From positions 3,102,231 through 3,166,230 of the forward strand of contig CAVNZM010000009.1 of the NCBI GenBank assembly GCA_963693365.1: a stretch of 64,000 nucleotides of DNA, written 5' to 3'. Positions 33,310 to 50,829 of the stretch are shown here, in pieces. This DNA comes from Amoebidium appalachense (lineage: Eukaryota; Protista; Ichthyosporea). The notes beneath the pieces were generated by a model. The model did no database searches. It worked only from the letters and a program-made list of their open reading frames with translations, and was not told the origin of the DNA. The first letter of the stretch is position 1. Each line of letters begins with the position of its first letter. A program made the position numbers and the translations under genes.

Positions 33310-33354
<45 letters not shown>

Positions 33355-34468
33355 AACCCCCAACACTGACACACACACGCACACACATTATGTTCGGAGC
33401 ACAGGTGTGTTTTTAATTTGGCAATCCTATTTGTATGTATACTTACCGACTGTTTGAGTCATATGATGCTGTTATTAGTTGCCTTCGTAACCTGTGGTAT
33501 TTAGTGAATGTCTTGTGGTTCCGGTATGCACCCACCCAAAGCCGCCGGTGTACGTAGGACAAGACATTCGTATAAGAAGGCCCAAATTTGGAATAAAAAG
33601 TACCAGACAGGGTAATAAAACCAAAAACACTTGCAGGTGGTTGTTCGTGATGTCTCAATTAATATTTGGTGTCAAATATAAGCTCTGCCTTCTCTTTCTC
33701 CAGCTGGTTTTGGTGCACGTTTCGGGTCCCACAGGGCCGGGGTGGTAGTGGTGGCCAGGAAGAGGGGGGAGAGGGGGGGGGGGGGGGGGGGGGGGGGGGA
33801 GGGGGGGGGGGGAAGGGGGGGGGGATTGATTGATTGCATTTTGATTGCAAAATCGAATTGCAGAAACCTTCCATCAGTATAGAGTTACTACATCCGGCAG
33901 CCTGACAGTGTGCGAGGAAAAAAAACAGCTTACATATTGATTTATACACACAGGCATAAAAAAATCATTGCCAATCAGACAGCTTCCTTAAAAAAACAAT
34001 AAAACAGCAATCACATCACTGACCAGAGGTCTTAAATTTAAAGTTCGCCAAACCTTCTGGAAACGTGAGCACGTGCATACACTGTACACAATAATTTTCG
34101 ATCATCACCAATTAAAGACCTCACTTAAAACTTAACTCAAACCCCTTACACTTGTGGGCAGGTTGTCTGTGCTTACTCGCACACCTTACACCTTTACACA
34201 ACACATTTTAATTAAAACTATACCAACTAAGGACCTCGATCAACAAAAAAAAGCATTCATCTCTTGCATCCTGTACACGCGGGCATATGCTTACATATGT
34301 ACGCGTACGCAATCTACACAATAACTTTAACTACACAAGCGCATTCCAGTCATGCACACATACCCACACCCACGTTGATCATACAGTACTGTAAACCAAT
34401 AAAAAAGTAAAGATAACGTGTCGGTTAACCAACAACTGTTTGCTTCCTTGCAGGTGCCTTTACCCCCC

Positions 34469-34499
<31 letters not shown>

Positions 34500-34564
34500 A
34501 AAAAAAAAAAATAGAAAAAGGAATTTCGTTAGGATTCCAACCACCCCTTGCCATTGGCTATTTA

Positions 34565-36010
34565 TCATGCAACCACCTGCCTCACAGGTTTCAGTGCAAC
34601 CAACCTCTCCACGCGGTCCCCTGGGCTAGCACCTGGGCTTGTGTCAGACCCAACCCCAAAGAAATAGAGCACGTTGTCAAAAACTTCCAACCCTGAAAAA
34701 ACTTCCACTCCGTGTTCCGCGTTATCTTCGGGCCGGGGAATATACAGCGTCTGTTTGTGGAACGTGTTTGTGTTTCCCGTGGGTGTCCAACGGATGCACG
34801 AAATGTGGTTGTCGTGCAAATACCACATGACGTTGTAGGGCGGCTGGGTCGTATGTAGTTCAAAGTGGTTTCGATTCTCCCCCATCGCCTGAATCATCAC
34901 CCCGCTCTCGGGCAAAACTCTCACGTTTTGCATTTCTGTTTCATGCGACATGTCCCATGTGGAGGCGCGGATATAATGCTTTGGAGTGTAGAATCCAGGC
35001 GCCCCTCTTTGTTCGACCGGAATGTCCGTTTTATTGTTGTCCTCCGATACCAAGTGCATGACGTCACCTTCGAAATGCACGTGCGTGCACCAACCTATAA
35101 TGTTGACAGAAGGCATTGACGACAAACCCGTAAACACGTGCTTTCCCGACGCGACATCGTAAACAACAAACTTGTTTCCATCGCTGATCAAAACCTTTCT
35201 GTCGCGGCCGAGTGTATACATACATTCGAGTACAGCCGTACACGTCGCCTCCCACACGATTTCACCCGTCTCCGCCCGCCATGCGCACATAGGGATACCC
35301 ATAGGTCTCACCCCAAATTGAATCGCATCATTAATTGATTCATAAGGCGGAAAGATACCAACAGCCACCACCACACCATCCATCATCACAAGGCCACTGA
35401 CGTAGTCAATGATGAAGGGAACATCGACCTCCCACTGCTTCTTCCCTGACGGAACATCCCACACCGCCAAAGAATTCAGGTCAAGGCTTGTCGCCGCGGA
35501 GACATATGGGTACTCTAGCGCTAAGGGTGTCCCGTCCTCTCGACCAGACACATTGATATGAATCTGTGGGTAGAGTTGGCCGGAGGTAGTGTCCCAGGTT
35601 GCAATGGCCCATCCGTCATCCTCTTGGAATATGGCACATGCATGGGTGCTGGTAAAGGCAGAGCAGAATCTTGTTCCCTGGAATGTGGGCGATGGATACG
35701 ACATGTTGCTGTGGGGAGGCAAGGGAGACAAAAAAGAGAAGGAGGAGGAGAAAAGAAAAAGAAAGAGGAAAAAAAATTGCAAAAAAAAAAAAAAAAAAAG
35801 AGAAAAACCACGTGTAAGTCATACGAGCAAACAACTGGTGCCAGCAGCAACCCCCCCCCCCCCCCCCCCCCCCCCAAAAAAAATAAAAAAAAATAAAATA
35901 AAAATACAAAATAAAATATAAATAGAAATAAAAATAGATCAATGAAAATAGCAACACACGTCACGCATGCACACACACACACATGTGCACATGCGCACAG
36001 GCATCGCACG

Positions 36011-36047
<37 letters not shown>

Positions 36048-36134
36048 TTGCATGACTCATGATGTTGCAAAACTAATTGTGTTCGTGCTTACATGTACAT
36101 GTATTGAGTTCGTGTGTTGTGCCTAATGAACACA

Positions 36135-36170
<36 letters not shown>

Positions 36171-36911
36171 CCTCCCCCCCCCCCCCCCCCCCCCCTCCCA
36201 TCCCCCCCCCCCTCTCGCTATGTGAGTGAGTGTAAGTTTAAGTGTGTGTGTGTATGTGTATGTGTGCTTCTCCCCTCCTCCCTTGACACATCCCTCCCTT
36301 CTTTCTCTCTTCCCCCCCCCCCCACCCCACTCACTTAGGTCTTACTCTATTTCTCTGTTCACACACACCCAACACTCTCCTTCCCCCCCCCCCCCCCCCC
36401 CCCCCCCCCTCCCCCACCACCACCACCACCACCACACACACACACACACTCCCCTTCATCCCTCTCTCTCTGTGTGTAAATGTGTGTGTACGTGCGTGTG
36501 TGTGCGTGCCTGTGTATGCATGTGAGCATGGGTGCTCTGCGTGTTTCTGAGCCCAGTGTGTGCCCATATACCTGCACCTGTGGTATGGCATCTGCTTGTG
36601 CCTGTAAGTTTTTGTTTCCCCGAACTAAAAAAAGGGACACCGGTCTAGGAGGAGGGGGAGAGGGGGAGAGAGAAGGAGAGAGGGAGGGAGGGAGGGAGGG
36701 AGGGAGGGAGGGAGGGAGGGAGGGAGGGAGGGAGGGAGGGAGGGAGGGAGGGAGGGAGGGAGGGAGGGAGGGAGGGAGGGAGGGAGGGAGGGAGGGAGGG
36801 AGGGAGGGAGGGAGGGAGGGAGGGAGGGAGGGAGGGAGGGAGGGAGGGAGGGAGGGAGGGAGGGAGGGAGGGAGGGAGGGAGGGAGGGAGGGAGGGAGGG
36901 AGGGAGGGAGG

Positions 36912-36974
<63 letters not shown>

Positions 36975-37572
36975 TATCGAGATCAAACACCTACACAAGT
37001 TCATATCCGCCACTGAATATGTCGTAGATGGGCGACTGGGGAACCCTTCCAGGCACAGGCAGGCAGAAAAAGTCAAATTCCCGCCACAGCGCCTCACGCT
37101 CATCTTCATCAGCAGGCAGGGGAGGGGGCTGCTTTGTGCGACAATAGTCTAGAATGGCCCCAAAATATTGGCCGTTTCGATCGATAAACACCTCCCCATC
37201 AGGGGTGGTTTTCAAAACGTGGCGGCCGCTAAACCAGGCGGCAAGCATGGAGGAAGGGAAGGCACACAAGGTCTTGCGGGTGGTTTCAAACCGGTGACCA
37301 CCCACGTTCAGGCGCACACGATCATCTGCCTGCGCGTTGAAGTCTGCAGCTTGGGCCTTTTCAACCTCAAATTTTCTCCTGTGGGAAAGGAGGAAGGTGA
37401 GCAGGCTGCAGGAAGGCTGGTCCACGTGTGCTGAACCCGATCGGGAAGACATATAAAACGTAACCCTGCCCCCCCCCCCCCCCCCCCCCCCCCCTTCCCT
37501 TCCTTCCCCTTCCACACAGCACACAGCACACACACACACGAACACACACACACACACGAACACACACACACA

Positions 37573-37617
<45 letters not shown>

Positions 37618-37642
37618 CACAAGTGCGGGTGCTCGCAAGCGT

Positions 37643-37697
<55 letters not shown>

Positions 37698-38070
37698 CAC
37701 ACAAAACCTCATCACCCCCCCCCCCCCCCCCCCCCCTTCCCCTCCTCCCACCCCCTCCCTGCCCGACCTACCAATCCGCTGGCATGCATGCCTGTCCACA
37801 CGGGAACACACACCTGCAGTTACCACTTCAATTTCACCTCACAACCTTCCCTGCGACGCACATCTGCCACAAACGCCATCTGTGCTCATTCAAGAAGCAA
37901 TTACTGTGTGAAAGGCAACCCCACCTGTCTTCCTGTAGTTTTCGCTCCCTCGATTCCCTAACCCTCAGCTGGCGCGCTGCCGCGCTTTTGAAGTCCGCAA
38001 GAACTGCCGCCAGCCGTGCCTCCGTGTCGGCAAGCACTCGCGCAAACTCAATGCTGCTCTCCTCCGCCAT
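34565..38070 (-). CDS. Coiled-coil + KCTD-type BTB + putative beta-propeller protein, copy A (3 exons, intact)
   Basis: Exons 38070-37925, 37378-36995 and 35708-34565. The BTB motif [43 protein letters not shown] is clear. The last exon has repeated (V/T)WD..SG/TG blade-like motifs. Confidence 0.85.
36680..36915. repeat. (GGGA)n tetranucleotide tract in intron
   Basis: Direct observation. Confidence 0.95.
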
Positions 38071-39280
38071 TTTTCACTTCGCAAGCGCCCACGATGCTCT
38101 ATGCCAGCAATCCAGTGTCGATTTTGGGCTAATTAGAAAACACACACAAACACGGAGAGTGAAACAGAGATGCACACACACAAACCAAGTATATCTGTTG
38201 CTTTCTCTCTCTAACAATCACACCTCCCAACGTCGGCTCTCCCTTCACCATGTTTCGCTGCAGCCCTTCCATCTGCAAAGTGATATCAGAGTTCTTTTTT
38301 ACGAATCTTCCACAGCCTCTTTGACAGACTCTTTGACAGACTCTTTCACCAGCCTTGGAACTCTTGATGATCACGTTATCAAAAGCGGTGCTGAGTTTGC
38401 CAATGGGATAAAAGTATCCGAAACCTCGGGAATCTCGTACGAGTGACCCCCTCCTCCTCCCGCCCCCCCCCCCCCCCCCCCCCCCCCTCCCCCTCCTCCC
38501 CCACAACACAAACAGGAAGTTGAAAAATTGCAACTAATTTACGTACGTTTATCATGGCAGCACATATAAATTATCCCCGTCGATATCGATCCCGAAGGCA
38601 GTGAAGGAGCTCAGCGAAAGCAAGTTTCTGAGTTGTTTGCAACAGTCTTCCCTCAAAGGAGTGCCCTTTTGTGCTCGTTCCTCATATACACATGTAAACA
38701 CAAGCTTAAGACAAAAACACCAAATGCCACAGATGTTTTACACACGCACACGCACAGAAGCGTGCGCATTTTACGTGCGCCAGTCTACACCCACGCACAC
38801 ATGCGCACACACACGCACAACGTGCACATGCACGCAAATACACACACATCGCACGCACGCACGATGCGCCCACCCACCACCCACCCACCCACACACACAC
38901 ACACACACACGCTTGTACAGTGCACTATATTATTTACCGTCGGCATTTGGGTACGAGATCTAGATACACATGTAGACGTGCACACGCACTTGCGCACAAA
39001 CACGGACAAACGGACACAAACCAACACAGATCTTTTCTAATATTAGACACGCCCACCAGGCGCACACACCCATGCCCACGCAAAAACACACACACATTCG
39101 CACGCACACATACATCACGTGCACACACACGCGCGCGCGCGCGCACACACACACACAGAGGAAGAGAGAAAGAGAGAAAGAGGGGAGGCGGGAGACCGAA
39201 AGGGAGGGAGAGACAGAGAAGAGGGGGGGTGAGGCCCGAAGTTGGGGAGAGAGAGAGAGATAAAGAGCACAGCGAGAGGC

Positions 39281-39410
<130 letters not shown>

Positions 39411-40607
39411 GTGAGAGAGAGGGAGGGGGGAGGGGGGAAGGGGGGGGGGGGGGGAGAGGAGGGACGCTCTACCTACTCTTTCTCCAGCTGGTTTTGGTGA
39501 TGGTTCGGGCCGCGCGGGGAGGGTGGTACTGGTGGCCGGTTATGTTTGTGTTTGTGTGTGTGTGCGCGCGCATATGTGCGTACACGTGTGTGTGTGTGTG
39601 TGGGTGGGTGGGTGGGTGGGTGGGGGGAGGGGGGGGGGGGGGGGGGGGGGAGGGTATATTGATTGCAAAACTAAACTTCTTCAAGGCGGTCATGTACACA
39701 ATGATTTTCAATTATCACCAATCAGAGACCTCGCTTAAAACTTATCGCAAACTGCCTGTACTTGTGGGCAAGTTGCCTGTGCATAGGCGCACAAATTCAT
39801 CTTAATCACAACTTTACCAATTGCAGACCTCGCTTAAAATATATCTCAAGCCACCTCAAACGTGGGCATGTGCACACTCAAAATCTACACACTCCACAAA
39901 ACACATTTCAATGAAAATTCAAATCTAAATACTGCCAATTTAAGACCTCGATAAGAAGAAGTATTCCGAGCCCAAAACCACCTCAAGCCACCTGTGAACA
40001 TGGGTGTGTGCATACAAAAACTACACATTTAAACAATACGTTTCAAAATAACGATCGTCAATTAAAAACATCATGCATGCACATATACACACACTCGCTT
40101 TCATTACACAGCACAGCTACACTCGATAAAAAGGAAAGATAGCTCAGATGACCAAAAACCATTCCCTTCTTCACAAGAACCTCTCTCACCATATCTACCA
40201 CTATCAGGGCCAAAAAAAAAAAAAAGCAAAACAAAAAACAGAAACCAAAAAAAAAGAAAAAAGAAAAGAAGAAAGAAAAAAGAAAAGAAAAGAAAAGAAA
40301 AAAGGAGAGGTGAGAGAAGCCGACCCAACTTTCACCGTTTCCATCTCTCATCAACGTTCTGTATGCATACATAGATGCAGTTCATCATACTGCACACATC
40401 TTACCGATCCCAGGCACCCATAAATAATAATAATAATAAATAAAAAAAATTAAAAAAAAAAAGAAGAAGAAGAAGAAGATTCTGGAGAAGAAGAAGAAAG
40501 AAAGAAAGAGAAAAAAAAAAAAAGAAAAAAGGATCTTGGAAGGATTCCGACCCCCCCCCCCCCCCCCTCCCCCTCCCCCCTCCCTCCCCCTTGCCATTGG
40601 CTACTTA

Positions 40608-44429
<3,822 letters not shown>

Positions 44430-44481
44430 TTTCTTACTCTGCATGCGCCCACGATGTTTTATGCCAGCTATCCTGTGTTTG

Positions 44482-44585
<104 letters not shown>

Positions 44586-45097
44586 AGAGAGAGAAAGAGA
44601 GAGAGAGAGCGAGAGAGAGAGGGAGAGAGACGCACACACATAAACCAAATTTCCGTGTCCCTATCTCTTTAACACCCACCCCTTCCCTCGCCTCTGACCA
44701 GCCCTCTGCTCTGACCGTGACGCTCCTCGGATACATGATTTTTCTCAAAGTTGGCGATGTCACGTGATCAAAAGTGGTGCTTGATTGGCCAATGAGATAA
44801 AAAGTACGAGAAACCTCGGGAATCACATCCCCCCCCCCCCCCCCCCCCCCCCCCCACCCCAACACACGCACACACAACACACACACATACACACACACAC
44901 CACCCCACCACCACCCCCACCACCACACACACACACACACACACACACCAGGAATGAGAAAAATTACGTTTCGGCAATTTTTTAATTGAAAGAGTAGAAT
45001 AACTGACTTATTCCATTTTAATTAAGTCAGAGGACATGTCCAATACATAGTTTTTAGCCGTTTAATTTACGGCCCATATATAGCTTGACATGTTTGG

Positions 45098-45149
45098 GCT
45101 ATGGTCACGGCCATCTAGAGACGAGTCTCTAGATGGCCGTGGCTATGGT
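45098..45149. mobile_element. Transposon footprint: 8-bp TSD + 17-bp inverted ends + 2-bp filler (P-element-like)
   Basis: GCTATGGT-CACGGCCATCTAGAGAC-GA-GTCTCTAGATGGCCGTG-GCTATGGT. Confidence 0.8.
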
Positions 45150-45637
45150 ACAAACTTCTTTCACATTCCATTTACAGATTTACCTCCATCTCGCCAGATC
45201 TCTTGCTGATATACGCTACAGATGCTGCGGGGTGGAAAGAATAAGACAGCGATTTATGAACCAACAGGTCACTTCGCAATCGCCTGTCATTTTCGCATGC
45301 GCATTGTGAACCATTATATGCATGCGTACATGTATACTATATACATGTCAGCTGCAGCACATATATTCCAATGGCTTAGTGACTAGCATTGCAGCAAACT
45401 GACGATCAAGTACATATTGACCTTGAAGTTCACACACAAATTTTCAAACTCGCACAGTCACGTACACATTTACAGGATGCGATGATATGAAATTTTGAGG
45501 CTAGGGAAAAATTCAAATGAAGCACGCCAAAACCTTTACCATTGCCTTCGGAATCCTCACACGAACGGTTCAGAAATATCACGTGACTGCCTGTGGTAAC
45601 TAGACACGCATGCATGTGTGTGTCAGTGTGTGTCACG

Positions 45638-45690
<53 letters not shown>

Positions 45691-45789
45691 TGTCTGTGTA
45701 CGGTGTGTGTACACATGTACAGCTAATTACCGGATCCAGGCACCCATATAAAACATGCATTCAAACAACACTTTGCCATTGGCTGTTTA

Positions 45790-48700
45790 TCATGCAACGG
45801 CCCTACTAACAGGCTTCAACACATACAGGCTCTCTATTTCGTCTCCCCGCCTAGCATCTGTGCTCGTGCCCGGCTCAAAGCCGAAGAAATAGAGCACATT
45901 GTCAAACACTGCCAGCCCCGCAAACACCTCCACACCGTTCCCCACAAAATCTTGGGGCCCAGGAATATACAGCGTCTGTTTATGAAACGTGTTTGTGTCT
46001 CCCGTCGGCGTCCAACGGATGCACGAAATGTGGTTGTCGTGCAAGTACCACATGACGTTGTAAGGCGGGCAGGTCGTGTGTAGGTCAAAGTCTTTTCGGT
46101 TCTCCCCCAGCCCTAGAAGCATCATCCCGCTCTCCGGTAGAGCTGTTACCTTTTGCATCTCCGTGCCCAGGGATAGGTCCCATCTCGACGCACGGATGAA
46201 TTGACGTGGAAAATATTCAACTTCCCCCTGTTCGTTTATAACTTCCCCGTCAATAGTATCCTCGGATACCAGGTGCATAGTATTCCCTTCGAAATGCACG
46301 TGTGCAAAACGACTAAGAACACTGACAGAAGGCCTCGACGACGAACCGGTGAAGACATGCTCTCCCGACACAACGTTGTAAACGGCGAACACATTTTCGT
46401 CGCCGATCAATATCCTGCCGTCGCGTGCGAGCACATATGCGTGCTCAGTGGTCCGCCTTGATACATCCACACCATTTCCTTGGCCATACTTACGGACGGC
46501 CGTGCACGTCGCCTCCCATACCAATTCACCCGTCTCCGCTCGCCACGCACGCATAGGGATACCCATAGGTCCCAACCCATCATCATTTGGGTGGAGGGGT
46601 GTGAACAGACCAACGGCCACCACCAACCCATCCATAATCACAAGACCACCAGCGTAGCTAATGGTGAAAGGAACCTCCGCCTGCCACCGCTTTTCCCCTG
46701 ACGAAATGTCCCACACGGCGATATCTTTCAGGTCCATTGTTGTCGTAGAGGTGACGTATGGGTACTGTAGTGCTAAGGGCGAACCGTCCCCTACATGAGA
46801 AATATCGACGTGAATCTGTGGGTAAATTTGGCCGGTGGTGGTGTCCCAGATTGCAATGGTTCGACGGTCCTGCTCTTGGAATATGGCGCATGCGTGGGTG
46901 CTGGTGAAGGCCGACCGAACCCTTGTTCCCTGGAATGTAGGCGATGTATACGGAATGTGGCTGTGTGTAAAAAAAAACAACCCCCCCCCCAAAAAAATAA
47001 AACAAAAAAACAAAAAAAAAAGATTATGTGTCAGTGTCCACGAGCACCCCAGCTGCAGTGGTGCGAGACCCCCCCCCCCCCCTCCCCCCCCTCCCATACA
47101 CACCCACCCCCACCCCCCAACCCACCCAACCCCACCCCACCCCACCCCGCCCCTCCCCTTAATGTCTTTCATTAACCACACAAAAAAAAACACAGGGTTT
47201 GTGTCAGTGTTTACGAGCACCCCAGTGGTGCGAGCAACCCCCCCCCCCCCCCCCCCCCCCCCCCTCTCCCCCTCCCCCCCCCCCCCCCCCCCCCCCACAC
47301 ACACACACCCACCCCCGCCCCACCCCACCCCACCCTTTGATGTCTTTCATCAACCATAGCATCTAAGTAACTATTGATTGCATTTTTCTTCTTTCAGAAC
47401 CACGTCATAACGCATGATTATAATCAACACATACAGGCACACACGTGCCTGCGCCTGTGGTTGTGCATCTGCCTGTGCCTCTGAGTCCTAGTGTCCCTAT
47501 TCTTGGGAAAGCCCGGGAACGGAGAAAAAAGGGGTGGAGGGAGGGGAGGGGGGGGGGGGGGGGGCACAGAGAGAGATACAGAAAGTGAGAGAAAATTAAA
47601 ACATTTACACAAGTTCATACCCGCCACTGAATATGCGAGCCGAAAAAAGGAGGGCAAAACCTTTACGTCTTGTATATACAATCGAGCGCTTATGGTTGTG
47701 CATCTGCATGTGCCTCCAAGCCATAGTGCCCGTAGACTTGGGAAGCACCGGACACGGGAAAAATGGGGGGGGGGGGGGGGGGGTTTGAATGCGGAACACA
47801 GTACGAAGTACGCATAGACGATGAGAAGCATGATGCAGGACACATGCAAAGGCAAACATTCAAGTATGCAGCATCAGCCATGCGCACAGTATGCGTCATA
47901 AGCAGAGCCCATCCTCAGGGAGGGCCCAAGTCATCAATTGCGTCTGAGTTTCGACCCCTTAGCCCGCGTATATACGACGCTCCAACTCAGACAGCAGCAT
48001 CAACTGAACTTGGGTGGGTCAACCCGTCTTGATCAAAGACGAGCAGGGTTGCTTATGCAAGCAAGGTGAGCAAAACGGTGAAGATGTGTGTGCAAACTAA
48101 TGCAGTGCAGCGACAAACGCGTATGTGCTTACAGATGCACGACACAGAGCAACCATGCCCGGTTGCATGGAAGTAAAGATGTCTGGGGGGGGGGGGGGGG
48201 GGGGGGGGACAGAGAGAGAGGAGGGGGGGGGGGGGGGGGTTGGAGAAGGAGAGAGATAATTGAGTCACCTACACAAGTTCATATCCGCCGCTGAATATGT
48301 CGTAGATGGGCGACTGGGGGACTCTTCCAGGCACAGGCAGGCAGAAAAAGTCAAATTCCCGCCACAGCGCCTCACGCTCATCTTCATCCGCAGGCAGGGG
48401 AGGGGGCTGCTTTGTGCGACAATAGTCGAGAATAGTCCCAAAATATTGGCCGTTTCGATCGATAAACACCTCCCCATCAGAGGTGGTTTTCAAAACGTGG
48501 CGGCCGCTAAACCAGGCGGCAAGCATAGAGGTGGGGAAGGCACACAGCGTCTGACGGGTGGTTTCAAAACGGTGCCCACCCACGTTGAGGCGCACACGGT
48601 CTTCTGCCTGAGCACTGAGATGCGCAACTTGCGCCTTTTCAGCTTCGAAATTTCTCCTGCGGGGAAAGGGGGAAGGTGAGCAGGCTTGCGGAAGAAAGGA

Positions 48701-49171
48701 GTTGAAAACGAGGGGGGATGGGGGGACCTTTACACTAGTGCTACATATACAATCGAGCGGCTTTCTGTAACCTCCTCTCCCCCCCCCCCCCCCGTCCCCC
48801 TCCTCCCCCTTCATTACCTCCACACAGACCCCACCACCCACCTCCACCCACATCACAACCCCATAACAGGCCACCCAAGCCCTCCCGTCCATCCACCCAC
48901 CACCGACACACCCCCTACACACCCGCAGACACACACCTCATCTCGCACTGGATCCCCCCCGTCCCTCCCCCCCCCCCCCCCCCCCCCCTCCTCCCTCCTC
49001 CTCGTTCTCTTCCCCCAATTGAAGTTCCCACCTTTCAAAAACCACCTGCCCGTTCCTGTGGAGTCCCCCCCCTCCCCCCCTCCCCCCACCCCGGCACCAC
49101 CACCAGCCATCTCCTCCTTATCCTATCCTCTACCACTGCCCTGCATCAATCACACCCACCTGAGAACAGAC

Positions 49172-49203
<32 letters not shown>

Positions 49204-49593
49204 TTCACACACACACACTTTCTTCCTCACCTTCTACTCTACCACCCCCTCTCGCCCCACTCACCTTTACCTACCCTCCTCCGCCCTCCTGCATTCGTTA
49301 TATGCCGGTACCAACACACAAGGACCCACACCTGCCGCTCAGCACCTAACCAGAAGTTTTATTCCTCTCTCGCTTCTTTTCGTTTCCTGCTTTCCCCTAC
49401 CTGTGCCCATCGACCAAAAACATGACCATGTCCAAAGACAACCTCACCTGTCCTCCTGTAGTTTTCTCTCCCTCTCTTCCCTCGCCCTCAGCTCGCGCGT
49501 TGCCGCGCGTTTAAAGTCCGCAAAAACTGCCGCCAGCCGTGCCTCCGTGTCGGCAAGCATTTGCGCAAACTCAATGCTGCTCTCTTCCGCCAT
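45790..49593 (-). CDS. BTB/propeller copy C (3 exons, apparently intact)
   Basis: Exon 1 starts [20 protein letters not shown], the BTB exon lies at about 48273-48656, and exon 3 (about 46960-45790) is open. Splice phases match copy A. Confidence 0.8.
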
Positions 49594-50224
49594 TTTCCAC
49601 TTCCCATGCACTTAAGATGATGTGTGCGATTCAACCCTTGTGGTGAATAGTTAGGATAGAAATCACGAGCACACGCCGACACACAAACGTAAATTGTGCT
49701 TTCGCTCTCTGTCGTGCTCATACGTGCCCTTATCTGCTCTCTCTATCTCTTTCTCTCTCTCTCGAAGCTCGTTCCCTGTCTCTCTTCGTTTCTACGACCC
49801 TCTCAATGGCTAGAAGATCTCGCCCTTTTGCTCAGTTCCTCTTTTCACTAGTGTTTAGTCCGTGATTGTGCCGTGATGGGGTAATCCAGAGCCTGAAAAT
49901 CAGTGATAACAAAACCTCCAGTTCAGCGAAGATTCAGCGAAATTTGCCGGTTTCCGAAAAACAAAAAACAGTTGACTGGTGCGGTGTCGTTGCCAGGTTT
50001 GTTTCAAGACAAGTCACTCGATGCATAGTATGGCGTCATTCTTAACGGTGACGTGTCAAATTCGGTGCGCGATTAGCCAATCACATGCCTGCCATTGAAA
50101 CCTCGGGAGTGAGAAGGCAAAAAAGAGCAAGAAAAAAGAAAGGCAAAAGAAAACTTTGAAAAAGGTGGTGGTGAGTGTGGTGGTGTTCGTTGTGTGGTGT
50201 GTGCGTGCGTGCGTGCGTGCGTGC

Positions 50225-50259
<35 letters not shown>

Positions 50260-50349
50260 GGGGGGGGGGGGGAGGGGGGGGGAGGGGGAGAGGGGAATGG
50301 ATGTCGATGTAGGAGAGGAAGACAAAACACAAAAAGCCACAGAAAGACT

Positions 50350-50382
<33 letters not shown>

Positions 50383-50444
50383 CCCTCCCAGAATCAAAAC
50401 AACAAGCCTGGTGGTTCTTATGCATCCATTCGAGTCGGGGGGAA

Positions 50445-50476
<32 letters not shown>

Positions 50477-50829
50477 CATAATTATTCAATATTACACTTG
50501 AGAAAATCGAACAAAGGACATGTTTCCATGAAGTCATAAGGACTGATATACATTTATTTGGGCAAGACACGATTTTACTACCGTCCAAAATCCAATTTTT
50601 TTAACATAGTTTCTTACTGATCCTGCTTTATAAAGAGAATGATAGGACAGGAAATAAGAAAAAAAGCCAAATTCAGTAGTCCATTTTATGTAAAATCGTA
50701 AATCTATACCATGGTAAAAACAATATTAATGCTGACATAACCTTGATAGCTTGCGTAGTAAACTCGATCAACCTTCATCTGTGTTTCTTCTAACAATATT
50801 CTACTTTTTGATGACAATATTGACTTTAT

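Noticed and set aside
33443-33750. Possible exons of a minus-strand gene, partly duplicated at ~39470-39540
   Set aside because: I could not build a phase-consistent model. It may be a co-duplicated flank or a gene relic.
36991-36995. BTB proteins ending at GGYELV* as stand-alone genes
   Set aside because: The TAG lies in a GTAGGT donor that splices in phase to the propeller exon in copies A and C.
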